From Squalus acanthias (lineage: Eukaryota), in assembly GCA_030390025.1 (NCBI GenBank), contig JASTWF010000326.1:248001-312000 (forward strand): a stretch of 64,000 bases of DNA. Direction: 5' to 3'. Each line of letters opens with the position of its first letter. The stretch's first letter is position 1. Made by a program: the position numbers and the translations under genes. This document shows, in pieces, positions 12,750 through 25,076 of the stretch. Under the pieces are notes generated by a model. It searched no databases. It saw only the letters and a program-made list of their open reading frames with translations, and was not told the origin of the DNA.

Positions 12750-13980
12750 CAAACATGGACAAGAGAGCTGAATTCCAGAGGTCAGGTGAGAGTGACTGCC
12801 CTCAACATCAAGGCATCAAGAAGCCCGAGTAAAACTGAAGTCAATGGGAATCGGGGGAAAACTCTCCACTGACTGGAGTGATACCTAGCACAAAGGAAGA
12901 TGGTTGTGGTTGTTGGAGGCCAATTATCTCAGCCCCAGAACATCGCTGCAGGAATTCCTCAGGGCAATGTCGCCGGCCCAACCATCTTCAGCTGCTTCAT
13001 CAATGACCTTCCCATCATTGTAAGGTCAGAAGTGGGGATGTTCGCTGATGATTGCTCAGTGTTCAGTTCCATTCGCAACTCCTCAGATAATGAAGCAGTC
13101 AGTGTTCGAATGCAGAAAGACCTGGACACCATTCAGGCTTCGGCTGATAAGTGGCAAGTAACATTCACGCCGCACAAGTGCCAGGCAACGTCCATCTCCA
13201 AGAGAGAGTCTAACCATGTCCCCTTGAAGTTCAATGGCATTACCACTGTTGAATCCCCCACCATCAACATCCTGGGGGTCATCATTGGCCAGAAACTTAA
13301 CTGGACCATCCACACAAATAGTGTGGCTACAAGAGCAGACCAGAGGCTGGGTATTCTGGAGCGAGTGACTCACCTCCGGACTCCCCAATGCCTTTCCACC
13401 ATTTACAAGGCACGAGTCAGGTGTGTGATGGAATACTCTCCATTTGCCTAGATGAGTGCAGCTCCAACAACACTCAAGAAGCTCAAAACCATCCCGGTCA
13501 AAGCAGCTCGCTTGATCGGCACCCCATCCTTCATAACCTTAAACATTCACTTCTTCCATCACCGACACAATGTGGCTGCAGTGTACCATCTACAAGATGC
13601 ACTGCAGCAACTCGCCAAGGCTAGTTCGACAGCACCAAGATGCACTGCAGCAACTCGCCAAGGCTAGTTCGACAGCACCAAGATGCACTGCAGCAACTTG
13701 CCAAGGATTCTTCTACAGCACCTCACAAACACGCGACCTCTACCATCTAGAAGGACAAGGGCAGCAGGCACTTGGGATCACCACCACCTCAAAGTCACAC
13801 ACCATCTTGACTTGGAAATATATTGTTGTTTCTTCCTCATCACTGGGTCAAAATCCTGGCACTCCCTACCTAACAGCACTGTGGGAGTACCTTCACCACA
13901 TGGACTGCAGCGGTTCAAGGCGGCGGCTCACCACCACCTTCTCGAGGGAAATTAGGGATGGGTAATAAATGCTGGCCTTG
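12750..13980 (+). mobile_element. Second CR1-group LINE family, 5'-truncated RT + 3' UTR
   Basis: ORF 12900-13451 GIPQGNVAGPTIFSCFINDL..GMFADDC..WQVTFTPHKCQ..IYKARVRCVMEYS; its 3' end differs from the main CR1 family. Confidence 0.9.
13593..13721 (+). repeat. 43-bp tandem triplication inside the LINE
   Basis: caagatgcactgcagcaactcgccaaggctagttcgacagcac twice identical, plus a diverged third copy. Confidence 0.9.
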
Positions 13981-15169
13981 TTCCTCCTCCCTGATGCTCT
14001 GTGATTCACCCATTGCAGTTCACTAAATGAACCTCTTGGAATGGATCTGTCTGTTCTGCTGCTTGCCATTGTTGGAGTGAGTGGGTGCAGGGCGCTGAGA
14101 GGTGCTGTGGACAGGATGGAACTTAGACTCTGGGATCACTGTCTCATGGATTGAAAGAACAGACTGTGGCAGGAATGCACTCCTTGAAGCAGAGCTTGAA
14201 TGAACAGATACTGAGTGTTAGGTGGTGCAGTGTGCTTGTGTGTCAGTGTATAAATGAGCTGCTTGAAAAGAATAATGGGCAATGGATGATATTAGCCCTC
14301 GTTATAGGAGTGACCTCCAGCCTCTCACTCCGACTTCCATTCCGTCCTGCCCCAATTTTGGAGGGCATTTCATCATAACTGAGTCAATGGCAGATAGTTG
14401 GAAGGTCTACTTGGTCTGCATTTGGTTCCTGCCTACAATGCACACTCTTTTTGAAACTAGTTTCAATTCTGATTATAAATTTTAGAATTCTAAATATTAA
14501 GAAACTAGAAAGCTGTTTCATCAGTGCTGACCTCCAAACTTCTGTAAATGTTTTCATTATTCCTATTTGTGAAGTACCTTGAGATGAGCTATGGTGGGCT
14601 GAATAGTTTTCCTCATCTGTATCTAATGCTGTTGACTCTGAAAGTTCTTGGGACCAGAGCAGGACGTACCCACATGTAAATTACACAAATTATTTAACAA
14701 CTGCAATGTTCTGTACATCCACATGAGAAGAATATATTTGTATATATAAGGGAGTGTAGATATACCAGTACAAAATAGAATGGAATAAAGTGGAGTTTAA
14801 AACTTTCAACATTCAAGATCGGGGTTGAAATGCTTTGTCCGCCATTGGCAAAAGGCTTTACCAGTCATTTTATGGATCAGTAAGGAATTACTGAATACAA
14901 CATTGTGCACTATAATCAGTGGAGTTGACTTACTTTTAAAAGAGTTATTATCCAAAATCGAGCAACAAGAAAAACTGCTGTTACAGCACTGAGGTTACAC
15001 TAATTAGAACAGGCTAGAGTGATCTTAAGCATCAAAGGATATCACAGAATCTGCCAATGGACTTTCTGACTGCCCAGAACATTTCACATGAGCAAAAATG
15101 TTTGACTATTATTTATGGAAATACGAGATTGGATTGAGAGCAATATTGCGGGACTTCTATGCATCAGCA

Positions 15170-16160
15170 TCCCTGGAGATCTCTTTTCCTCCACTTTGTA
15201 GAATCTTACTGTTTAATGTATATTTGCTTACACCCTTTTTGTCTACAAATCAGCCATGATCTAATTTAACAGGCTTGAGGGGCTGAATGGCCTACTCCTA
15301 TGATTTTCCCCAAAATATACAACTTCTCCATATTAAATTGAATCTGCTATCTATTTGTCATTCCGCTAACCTGCAATCTTTTGTATTCTTCCTCAATGTT
15401 TGTTTATTGATAGCAAATTAGGAAGCATGATGAACAATATCCAAAATATTTATAGAAATCGTACACAAAATAAAAAGGTCTCAACACAGATCCCTGGGTC
15501 ACATCACTACCCACATCTCAAAAAACATCCTTTTATCCCTACTCTGAGCTTTCTGGACCCTAATTATCCCTATGTTCATGTAGTTACATTCCCATTAACA
15601 CCAGGTATCTCAATCTTCATAAGTCAAGTGGTACTTCAAAGCCTTCTACAAAGCCACAATCAACATCCATTGCATTCCTTTTTTCTATCCACTTGAAATT
15701 TTTCAAATAGCTAAATTAAATTTATCAAGCAAACATGCCCTTCACAAATCCACGCTGACTGTTCCCGATTAGCCCATGCCTTTGCAAGTATTCACTAACT
15801 GAACTCTAGTAGATTACTTACAACCAATGTAAAACCAACTGGTTTATAATTTTGTGGCTCATGCTTTTCCTCTTTCTTGAATGGGGCTGCAACATTTGTA
15901 ACGCTCCAATCCTTTGGTATAATTCCGGTTTGCAAACATTTCTGGAAAGTTGTGTTATTGTCTCCCCATCTCGCTCCATCATCCTTCAGTATTCTAGCAG
16001 AGATAACATTTGGGCCTGGTATTTTTACTCATTAATTTTCTTTAAATACAAAGTCCTGCTGAAAACTTGGAGTGCCCTGTAGTGGCTATTTTATACTATC
16101 CTCGGGTACTCCTATAATGCCATTCTCATCTTCCTCTGCAAAAACTAATGCTGAATACTT
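15170..16160 (-). mobile_element. Old CR1 fragments (short + strand 3' end at 15170-15305, then decayed - strand ORF2), interrupted by Penelope
   Basis: atcagccatgatcta..gggctgaatggcctactcct tail; catgcccttcacaaatccacgctgact is the reverse complement of the CR1 QHGFxKG motif. Confidence 0.6.
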
Positions 16161-16990
16161 TCCATATTTCCATAATAGTTCCATCCCACCATCAAACTCA
16201 CCATGGACTACTCCTCAGAATCAGTTTTATTCTTGGACACACGAATCTCCATCAAAGACGAACACCTCAGCACTTCACTCTACCGCAAGCCCACGGACAA
16301 CCTCACGATGCTCCACTTCTCCAGCTTCCACCCTAACCACGTTAAAGAAGCCATCCCCTATGGACAAGCCCTGCAAATACACAGGATCTGCTCAGACGAG
16401 GAGGAACGCGATGGACACCTACGGACGCTGAAAGACGCCCTCGTAAGAACATGATATGACGCTCGACTCGTCGATCGACAGTTCCGACGGGCCACAGCGA
16501 AAAATCGCATAGACCTCCTCAGAAGGCGAACACGGGACACAACCAACAGAGTACCCTACATCGTCAAGTACTTCCCCGGAGCGGAGAAACTACGCCATGT
16601 TCTTCGCAGCCTTCGACATGTCATCGATGACGACGAACACCTCGCCAAGGCCATCCTCATGCCTCCACTACTCGCCTTCAAGCAGCCGCCTAACCTCAAA
16701 AGTACCATCGTTCGCAGCAAATTACCCAGCTGTCAGGAGAACAGCAACCACAACACCACACAACCCTGCCACGGCAACCTCTGCAAGACATGCCAGATCA
16801 TCAACACAGATACCATCATCATACGTGAGGACACTACCCACCAGGTACATGGTACATACTCATGTGACTCGGCCAACGTTGTCCACCTCATACGTTGCAG
16901 GAAAGGATGCACCGCAGCATGGTACATCGGCGAGACCATGCAGACACTGCGACAACATATGAACGGACACCACGCAACAATCGCCAGGCA

Positions 16991-17030
16991 GGATTGTTAC
17001 CTCCCAGTCGGGATTGTTACCTCCCAGTCG
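16991..17030 (+). repeat. Perfect 20-bp tandem duplication frameshifting the GIY-YIG domain
   Basis: ggattgttacctcccagtcg x2. Confidence 0.95.
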
Positions 17031-17513
17031 GGGAACACTTCAGCAGTCAAGGACATTCAGCCTCGGATCTGCGGGTAAGCGTTCTCCAAGGCAGCCTTCG
17101 AGACACACGACAACGCAAAATCATCGAGCAGAAACTGATAGCCAAGTTCCGCACCCATGAGGACAGCCTCAACCGGGATCTTGGTTTCATGTCACGCCAC
17201 ATGACGTAGAGTCATCTAGACTCGAGTCGTCGTTGGCTTGTTCACAGATGTGATTTCCAGTTTTAAAAAAAAGTAAAAAGCTTAACCATACAGACTGCAG
17301 CATTTGATACGTTGGACCCCCTGTGACCCCACCTCATTGTCTTAGCTGTATTTTGCTGTGTCTTTGATGTAATGCCTTCCTGACTGACCTGATTGTATCT
17401 CTGCCGAGGTGTGATGGAGGGCAGTCAGTAAGATTTACTGTAGTCGTCTGACATTGTACGCTACACATTGTTCTCTGTCTATATATGCTTTGCTGATTTG
17501 TATTCCTTCACTT

Positions 17514-17548
17514 TACCTGATGAAGGAGCAGCGCTCCGAAAGCTCGTG
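17514..17548 (+). ncRNA. Minimal type I hammerhead ribozyme motif
   Basis: uac CUGAUGA a GGAGC agc GCUCC GAA AGCU C gug: complete core, 5-bp stem II, palindromic AGCU in place of stem III, NUH site CUC, short stem I uac/gug. Confidence 0.8.
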
Positions 17549-20237
17549 ATTTCAAATAAAACTGTTGGACTATAACCTGGTGTTGTGCGACTTCTCATTT
17601 TTGTCCACCCCAGTCCAACACCGGCATCTCCGCATCATGAATACTTAAGCATCTACATCATTCCCTCACTCTCGACTACATAATTCTTCCTACCCCTGAT
17701 CTTTTCTCATACACTTGGCAGATGCAAAATGATTTCACTTGCTGTACAGGCAAAAATTCTTGTCTGTTCATCTATTCAGAAGTAGACACCTAACCCAACA
17801 CGACAACTCCAGAAGACTGTTTTCATCATTATTCAAGAAATGAATGGAAAGGCTAATTGACAGTATTCATGCCCGTGACCATTCCTCCAGTGTGCAACTA
17901 ATCATGAGCAAAACCTGGGGAGGATGTGCACCATGTTGATTTTAAATATTTAACACAGCAGACATGATACACACTCTACCAAAACACAAAGGAAAGAAAG
18001 CAGATTTAGTATGTATACGTAAATAGCTACAGGTGTTTATATACCACACAGGCAGCACAATCAACTGCCAAATATTTTTAATGGATGGCAATAAAAATGA
18101 AGTACACTCGATAGCCATAACATCAAGACTACGACTTGGGTTAAGAGGTACTGCAGTCTCAATAATCCGTTTTCAAAAGTCAAAATAAATATGAATAGAT
18201 ATCTAAAGCTGTTTATTGGTTATCAAAGAGCTATTGTGTTTGAGAGAACTGATTCATAGCACTACATAAAATAATGAAAATAGAGAGCTGATATAAATGA
18301 GGATGCACAATGCAGTCTTCATTTTGTCCAAGCATCCACTGAACATGAACAAGGAATGACTGACAGATGCATGGAGAGACCATATTGTTTTGTTGGACCA
18401 AAGATTAGTTTCATCAATAGAATTAGTGTCATAAAGGGAATTTGTTCCTGGAACAGCCAACTTTGCAAACCCATCACTTGCCATTTTGGGGAAGCTGTAT
18501 CTATTACAGGATATACATTTGAGAGTTATTTTATTATTGCCTTGACTGGAAACCAAGGGACTAATTTTCCTTTTCCTTAAGAGCAACTATGGTGAATCTT
18601 TCTCACATGCATCCTGCTTTGGTGAAGACCCAAGTCTCTCTCTACTAACATCGTTCCTGCACTTGGAGAATTCACTGACTGAATTATAGCTTTAAACCGG
18701 CCATTCCACACTGAGGAATTTTAATGAAAATAATTTTAAATGTATAGTCAATAATGTTAGCATCAAGTATATACCTGCATCAGAGAAAAATACATTTACA
18801 AATAGAATAAGTTGTTTTGTCAGACTTCCATGAAGGATGACACATTTTCTTGAACCCATCTGCTTTCAGAAGAAAGAAATGACAGCGAAGGCCATTTTGG
18901 TGAAATATATCTTACAATGTCATCATTTGCACTGATGAAACTCTAAAGTGAAATTTCAGAAGGGGAATTTCATTGCAACAGTTTTTTTTGAAAAATGGTT
19001 TCTTGTAATTCAAACACAGGATTAGAATGAATCCACAGGGGATAAAGTACTTTTTTTGTAATTAAAGCTCAATATAAACTTCTCAAGTGGAAAGGAGGAA
19101 TATTTGAAAGTGATTTCTAAATACAATTTCTACGTATTACTTAATGTAGAAAAATTGGTTTATTGAAATATAAATTATTGAGTACATTGACATTCAGAGT
19201 AAGGCTCTATTCTCAAAGGCTTTGCTATAAACTGATTTAGGATTGCAGATTAGCACCAAAATGGAGTCATCAAACATTTTGCAGCTCTAAGGTTCCACAA
19301 CAACATGGAAACTTGTGCAAATCTTCATTTCAATGCTGTGTACAATGTACAAGCATTTATTCATACTGGTTCATCTCTCGAGTAATCGCTCAGATAAAAT
19401 ATTAAAGAATGTAAAAATATTTAACAAATTATTTACTGTAATTTTATGTAGTTTGCTCTCAGTATCAACTTTAATGTTTTCTTGATATTTGGCTTGCAAT
19501 CCTCAGTTTGATTTTACACGTTATTTTGAGATTCTGTTTGCTTTAAAATGTTTACTTGAACAAAATTACATTTATCTTTGCATTTAACAACCTACATGTA
19601 TGTTTTCAAATTTATGTTCTTAACTGTTAATAGCATAAGTTGTAATTAAATCTCAATATATCCACTGCATTTAAAAAGAGAGAGGAAGAGAGCAAGTTGT
19701 GATGTCTGGTGCTGGAGTGGGGCTATGTTGGGGAGATAGCACCGATACACGTATAATGGGCGGCTCAAAGTTGAGGGCAGGAGAGTGGCTCGTATCAGGA
19801 GGGAGGGCACTGGGAGTAGGAATTATAAGGGGATCAAGCGCAGATCTAGGACCTGCAAATCAGGAAATATGAAGCACCCAAGCTTTGGTTGAGGCCGGGG
19901 GAGAATAAGGAAAAGTGATGGCTTTTGGGACCTGTAGTCTGCCTGCTCAATTATGTCAATCAACCTCAGAGTACAATTTCACTCTTTATGCAAGCATTAA
20001 GCTGCATCATGCTGTAACTTGTGGGAGCTGTGCTGTTGTTTGCCCGAAAGCTTCTGGCCACATTTGGGCGGGCTGGTCTGTGATGTCCTGGAGTCGGGGA
20101 TGCTCCTGAGACTTGGCAGGTGTGCGGAGTCATGTTTAGGATAGTGAGGAAAAAAATACTGAAGTAATTGGAAGGTGGGATGGATAAGTTTGCATTTTTT
20201 TTCCTGAATTGGTAAATGCGTTTGTTATAAACTATTA

Positions 20238-21042
20238 GGTGTGATCTTGCCAGCCCTGGGGAGGCGGGTCTGCCGGGAAAATGGCAGAATCTGGGGGCGG
20301 GTGCCCATCCCGCCCCCAACCCGTCTTCGTGCCATCTTGCCAGGAGGCGGGTAGCCGACCTGCGCCGGGTCCCATCTCCTTGGAGGCGGGATGGGGATGA
20401 CAGCCACTTAAATGTTAACAGGTAGTTAACAGGCAGATAAGAGGATTATCCCCATTTTACCCACACAAGTGCGGGCTTCCCGAAGGCTGCGAACCCCGCC
20501 AGGGTCACCGAGGCGAGCAGTGGGTCTGCTGGGGTCGGAGGGGTGCAAAAGTGCACTGTGGAGGTAAGTGATGGGTGCAAGTGTGGAGAGGTGAGTATGT
20601 GAGGTAAGTGGAAAGTGTTGGAAAAAGTTTAATTACCTTTGTTTCTTCCTGCAGGCTTCAATCGGTGGGTATGTGGAGAGTCTCGCATCTCCGTGGCAGA
20701 GATGACAGATGGCTGCTGCATTCTCCAATGCAACAACCATCTCATTTCTGCGAAAGAAAGAGGTTTGATGAGTCCTGAATTCAAGAACTCATCAAACTAC
20801 AGAGAATGTCAGTGTTGAGATAGCTTCACAGAGCTGTCAAAAATTGACAGCTGAAACGTCATACGCTGACGTTCTCTGTAACTGGCTTTCCCTTAATTGC
20901 CCTGCTAAGCCCACTGGGCGGGCTTAACGAGGTCAATCAAGGGAAAATAGCGTGGGTTGGCCAGAAGTTGATGGAGGTGGGACTAAAAACCGACAAGTGG
21001 GAGTCCCGCCTCCAAAAGCTCGCCATTGGCAAAATCCAGCCC
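20238..21042 (-). mobile_element. Harbinger-derived non-autonomous element, opposite orientation to the 28515/42372/53777 copies
   Basis: Ends ggtgtgatcttgcc / ggcaaaatccagccc; left flank TTA; shared motifs gttaacaggcag, ggaggcggg, gggcgggcttaac. Confidence 0.7.
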
Positions 21043-21330
21043 AAAGTCTCAAGAGAAACAGTACATGGGGAGAGGGCGGTGGTTTGGGAAACGACATGGC
21101 GGTTGTATGGTGGAAAATCTTTTGCTGGGAAAAATGAAGACCTCTAGTGCAAATTGTCTGAAGGAACTGAAGCCACTCCACACAGCCATATTTGTATATA
21201 GTATGGGTATCTCAACAGTTGAAAATCATGAGTTAGAATTTCAAAAGTTGTAACAATTATAATTATGCAATATAACTGATTTAAAATGACTGATTTCAAA
21301 GCAATAATTTTCAAATCTATTTTGCTGAGT

Positions 21331-21495
21331 AAAATAAAAACAGAAAATGCCAAAAATACATGGGTCAGTCAGCATTCTGTAAAAAGATAATGTATGTACC
21401 CTTTATCAAAGCAATGTTCAAAATGTCACAACCTGTCTTTCCTCTTTACAGAATACTGTCTGACCTATGTATTTTCTGCTTTCATTTCAGATTTA
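21331..21495. repeat. Decayed inverted pair of a short Penelope-associated repeat
   Basis: aaaacagaaaatgc..ggtcagtcagcattctgtaaa versus tttacagaatactgtctgacc..attttctgctttc; same family as 62919-63010. Confidence 0.55.
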
Positions 21496-21786
21496 GTATT
21501 TTCATTCTTTTTCCTTTTTATTTTTGTTCTGTCTAGCATATGTTTATTAACTGATCGAAAACCTTAAAAAAAATTGGTCTGCTGGTATTGCTCCAAAAAC
21601 AAATTAAATTTCATACAGAAAACATTAAAATACAACAACTAACTTCAAGGAGGATATGAAGATAAGCAAATAAAAATAAAAAAACAAAACTATGTACGGA
21701 TTTTCATTTGGTTGCGTATTATTCATAAAGACATCCCAGAATGTGTACTACATCGTCAGACTCAACTCATTTTGTTACATATACGC

Positions 21787-22503
21787 GGGTCGAGTTTCCG
21801 CTTTGGGCGCAATCAGGAAATTGCACCCAAAATGCACTGATTAGGTTACGCTTCAAGTTCCGCTAAAATCATTTGCGTAATCGCAAATGTAAAATCTTCC
21901 ATGAACCAGCATAATCGGGCAACATAATAGAACATAATCATTTCTTTTTTTCTTTCCATTAAAAAGTATCTGATGTATTTAAGAGTGGTAACTTTGTGTA
22001 GTTTTATTAATACAACTAAAATTGGGTTTATATAAAATAAGCATTTTTAGCAAGCGTATCCAGTCTTCCGCCGGTGAGTAACGCCATTTTAAAATCACTG
22101 AAAATGGCTTTAAAACTATACTGAACCATTTACTAGTTTCATTGGTGTACACTAGTCAGTTTCGTAGTAAATTAAATATTTTTTCATATGAAAAAACTTT
22201 TAAAACGTGCTTACTAGTGCCTGTGCGCCTAAGAAAATGAACACAATTTGAAGAGCCTTCCCTAACCAGCACGATTGGCGGATCTTACAATTTCGACCTG
22301 GGGCGTGAACAGTTTCGTGGGCGGGGCCTGAATTGAGCAAATTAAATCTTGAATCCGCGTAAAAGATCACGGAAAACACTGCCGCAAGTGGGTTTCGCCC
22401 TAACTCACCTACATTTTACGTTCCGTGATCTTTTGCGCTGCTTCATCCGATTACTCCCAAATTGCGCTGGATTCTGAGCACAAAACTAGCGGAAGCTATC
22501 CCC
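21787..22503. mobile_element. MITE with imperfect TIRs (Harbinger-like)
   Basis: gggtcgagtttccgct ... agcggaagctatcccc; CpG-rich subterminal regions, AT-rich centre. Confidence 0.55.
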
Positions 22504-22639
22504 ATGATCTTGTGTGACATTAGTCACTCTAAAAACGCCCACTGCTCTGATAGCTACAGTTCACCTCTTTTAGCCATGTTTGTATTTCTGGTGCAAGACA
22601 ACACCTCAAACATACAGCTCTGGTCTGGAATTCCCAAAA

Positions 22640-23042
22640 GGTATAAAATTCTGACAGTGTATAAAATTCTGACAGGTCTAGACAGACTAGATGCAGAAGG
22701 AATGTTTCCCTTGGCGGGTGAGAACAGAACTAGAGGACATAATTTAAGGATAAGGGCTAAACCATTTAGGACAGAAATGAGGGGGAATTTCTTCACTCAG
22801 AGGGTGGTGAACCTGTGGAACTCATTGCCACAGAGGGCAGTGTACGCCAGCTCATTAAATATATTTAAGAGGGAATTAGATATATTTCTACAGGCAAAAG
22901 GGGTTAAGGGTTACGGAGAGAAGGCGGGGACGGGATACTGAATTGGAGGATCAGCCATGATCTCATTAAATGGCGGAGCAGGCTCGAAGGGCCGGATGGC
23001 CTACTCCTGCTCCTATCTTCTATGTATCTATGTATCTATGTA
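22640..23042 (+). mobile_element. CR1 LINE 3' fragment
   Basis: VYKILTGLDRLDAEGMFPL..TRGHNL..FFTQRVVNLWNSLP; tail (tctatgta)n; short duplication gtataaaattctgaca at the 5' junction. Confidence 0.92.
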
Positions 23043-24644
23043 CCGGCAGTTCTGAATCTGTGCCCAATGACAACACTTTGTGAGGCTATCTTTACGCAAG
23101 CCATCGTTTTCTATTAATTAAAACTATTGAAATATTTATTACAAGAGTTTTTTTTTGGAAGATTACTGTATGAAAAAAGTCCACTCTATGCACAGTCAAC
23201 TCAATTGACACAATCAGCACGTCAATTTTATCTGAGAGCACATAACAGCCTTCCAACGATGAGAATTCCCCACAGATTGAAGTCATTACTTTGTTCCAAC
23301 GTTTGGATAAATTCATAAAACCACTCAATATATGTTGCAACAGATTATTCAATAGAATTTTGTGATACAGAGTAAAGTGAACCTTCTGTGAATCAGGTCT
23401 GTATGACTCGCTCCTTAGCTTATTTGTTAAGCACCCAATTTTATTCAGGTGATTTCTTTCCAGGCAAACCAACGAAGCTTGTGCTTCTTCCAACAAAAAA
23501 AAGGGAACATGCACAATTTTCCACAACAAAATTGCAGGAAAGATAGTTTCTGAAACAATATTTCTGAGAATATGCAGATCATTAATTCGAGAAAAACAGT
23601 CTTCAAGTTCGTTCATCAAAAAGAGGAATTTCGCCCCCAAAATGTTATTTGAGCTCAGACTGTGTTAAGCTGTGTAGACCACTGGTCTAGTAACTTTTAT
23701 TCAAGTAACTGCGTTGTCCACTTAGTCAGCTTCTAGTAAGACAAATGGAAGATCCGTCTCAGTACTTTTAGAATTATTGCAGTCTATGGATTGGACCGTG
23801 AACAAAAAAAAAAATACAATATAGACGCAAGAAAGGATTCTAATTTAGTTTACAATTTTAATGGACACCACTTTTTTCACATTGGAGTTCTTGTTGTGTT
23901 GCAGAATTTACCCCAGTAGTGGCATAAATTGACAATGAAAATTATAGCTATACAGTCATTAAACCTCAATTTCCTTCAGCAACACTACCATTACTAGAAC
24001 TCATCCAAGGTGATCATAGAAAAATATTGTGCTGGCTCTCAATGGCTGTGCTCAGAATTAATTGCATGTTATGATGTAGAGCTGCCCTATATATCTACTT
24101 ATTGGAGTCAGCCTGACACACAAGGTCAGCAGACTACATGCTGATGTGCAGATATAAATGTACACAGCCAAGTTAAACTCAGTACACAAAACATGATCCT
24201 CAGCTTTCTCTGAAAGTCTGTGCACCACTGCACAGGCACACTAGCAACACAGGCTGTCCTGCACATTCACAGTGGTGCGCTTCAGAGGAAAGTACAGTGT
24301 GCAAGTGTGTGGACCAGTACTAGCATCAAGACTGAAGCTAGTTTATTTAATGTGCATCATTTACACTGGGCCGGGCCAGTATAATGAAGGCATTAAAAGG
24401 TCAAGTTTGATTTCTGGTCAGTGTTACCCTGACTGAGATCAGCCAGTTTAACAGGACACAACTCCAATTGGTCTCATTATGCTAGGGAGGTGGAATCGGG
24501 GCGACATTACAGAACAGCATTACATTGGCTCAAGACCTAAGCAGATGACAGCAAGAGCCAATTGGTGAAATTAGTTCGAGAACATATTACAGAAATAAAA
24601 GGGCATAAATCAATCAAGGCTGATAGTCACACTCACAGAATCAT

Positions 24645-25076
24645 GCCAGTCAGGCTCCTGCTGGACTAGTCTGTGGGACAGCTCTCCCAACTTTGACACC
24701 AGTCCCCAGATGTTAGTAAGAACAACTCTGCATGGTCGACTGGGCTAGGTGTGCCTTTGTCGTGTCCTGATTTGATGCCTGGGTCTCAATTGAGTGGTCC
24801 GTCCAGATTTGTTCTTGTTTTTCTTTCTAGCAGTTTGATGCAACAAAGTGGCTTGTGAGGCCAATTCCGAGGGCTGTTAAGAGTCAGCCACGTTGGTGTG
24901 GGACTGGAGTCACATATAGGCCAGTCCTGGCAAGAACAACAGCTTTCCTTCCCGAAAGGACATTAGCGAACCAACAGCTTCATGGTACCAGCTTTTTTAA
25001 AAACTGAATTCAAACACTCAAACAATCCAGGCCTCTGGATGACGAGTCTAGCAACATAACCACTATGCTGCCGTGC
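24645..25076 (-). mobile_element. 5' end of the second LINE family: tRNA-like head, 5' UTR, start of APE endonuclease
   Basis: Head ggcagcatagtggttatg..catccagaggcctgg shared with the 11124-end head; minus strand 24720-24650 reads LTNIWGLVSKLGELSHRLVQQEPD. Confidence 0.7.

Larger units (their letters stand above)
16161..17637 (+). mobile_element. Penelope-like element: RT thumb, GIY-YIG endonuclease, 3' pseudo-LTR region
   Basis: FLDTRISI..TSLYRKPTD..LHFSSFHPNHVKEAIPYGQALQIHRICS; CHGNLCKTC; VVHLIRC..WYIGETMQTLRQHMNGH; flanked by 9-bp duplication tgaatactt (16152-16160 / 17638-17646); stop at 16452 and a frameshift. Confidence 0.93.

Noticed and set aside
13593..13721. CRISPR-like array
   Set aside because: Head-to-tail repeats with no spacers, inside a eukaryotic LINE
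22462..22941. 159-aa ORF as a novel fusion gene
   Set aside because: Chance read-through from MITE and unique DNA into a CR1 3' fragment; non-ATG start
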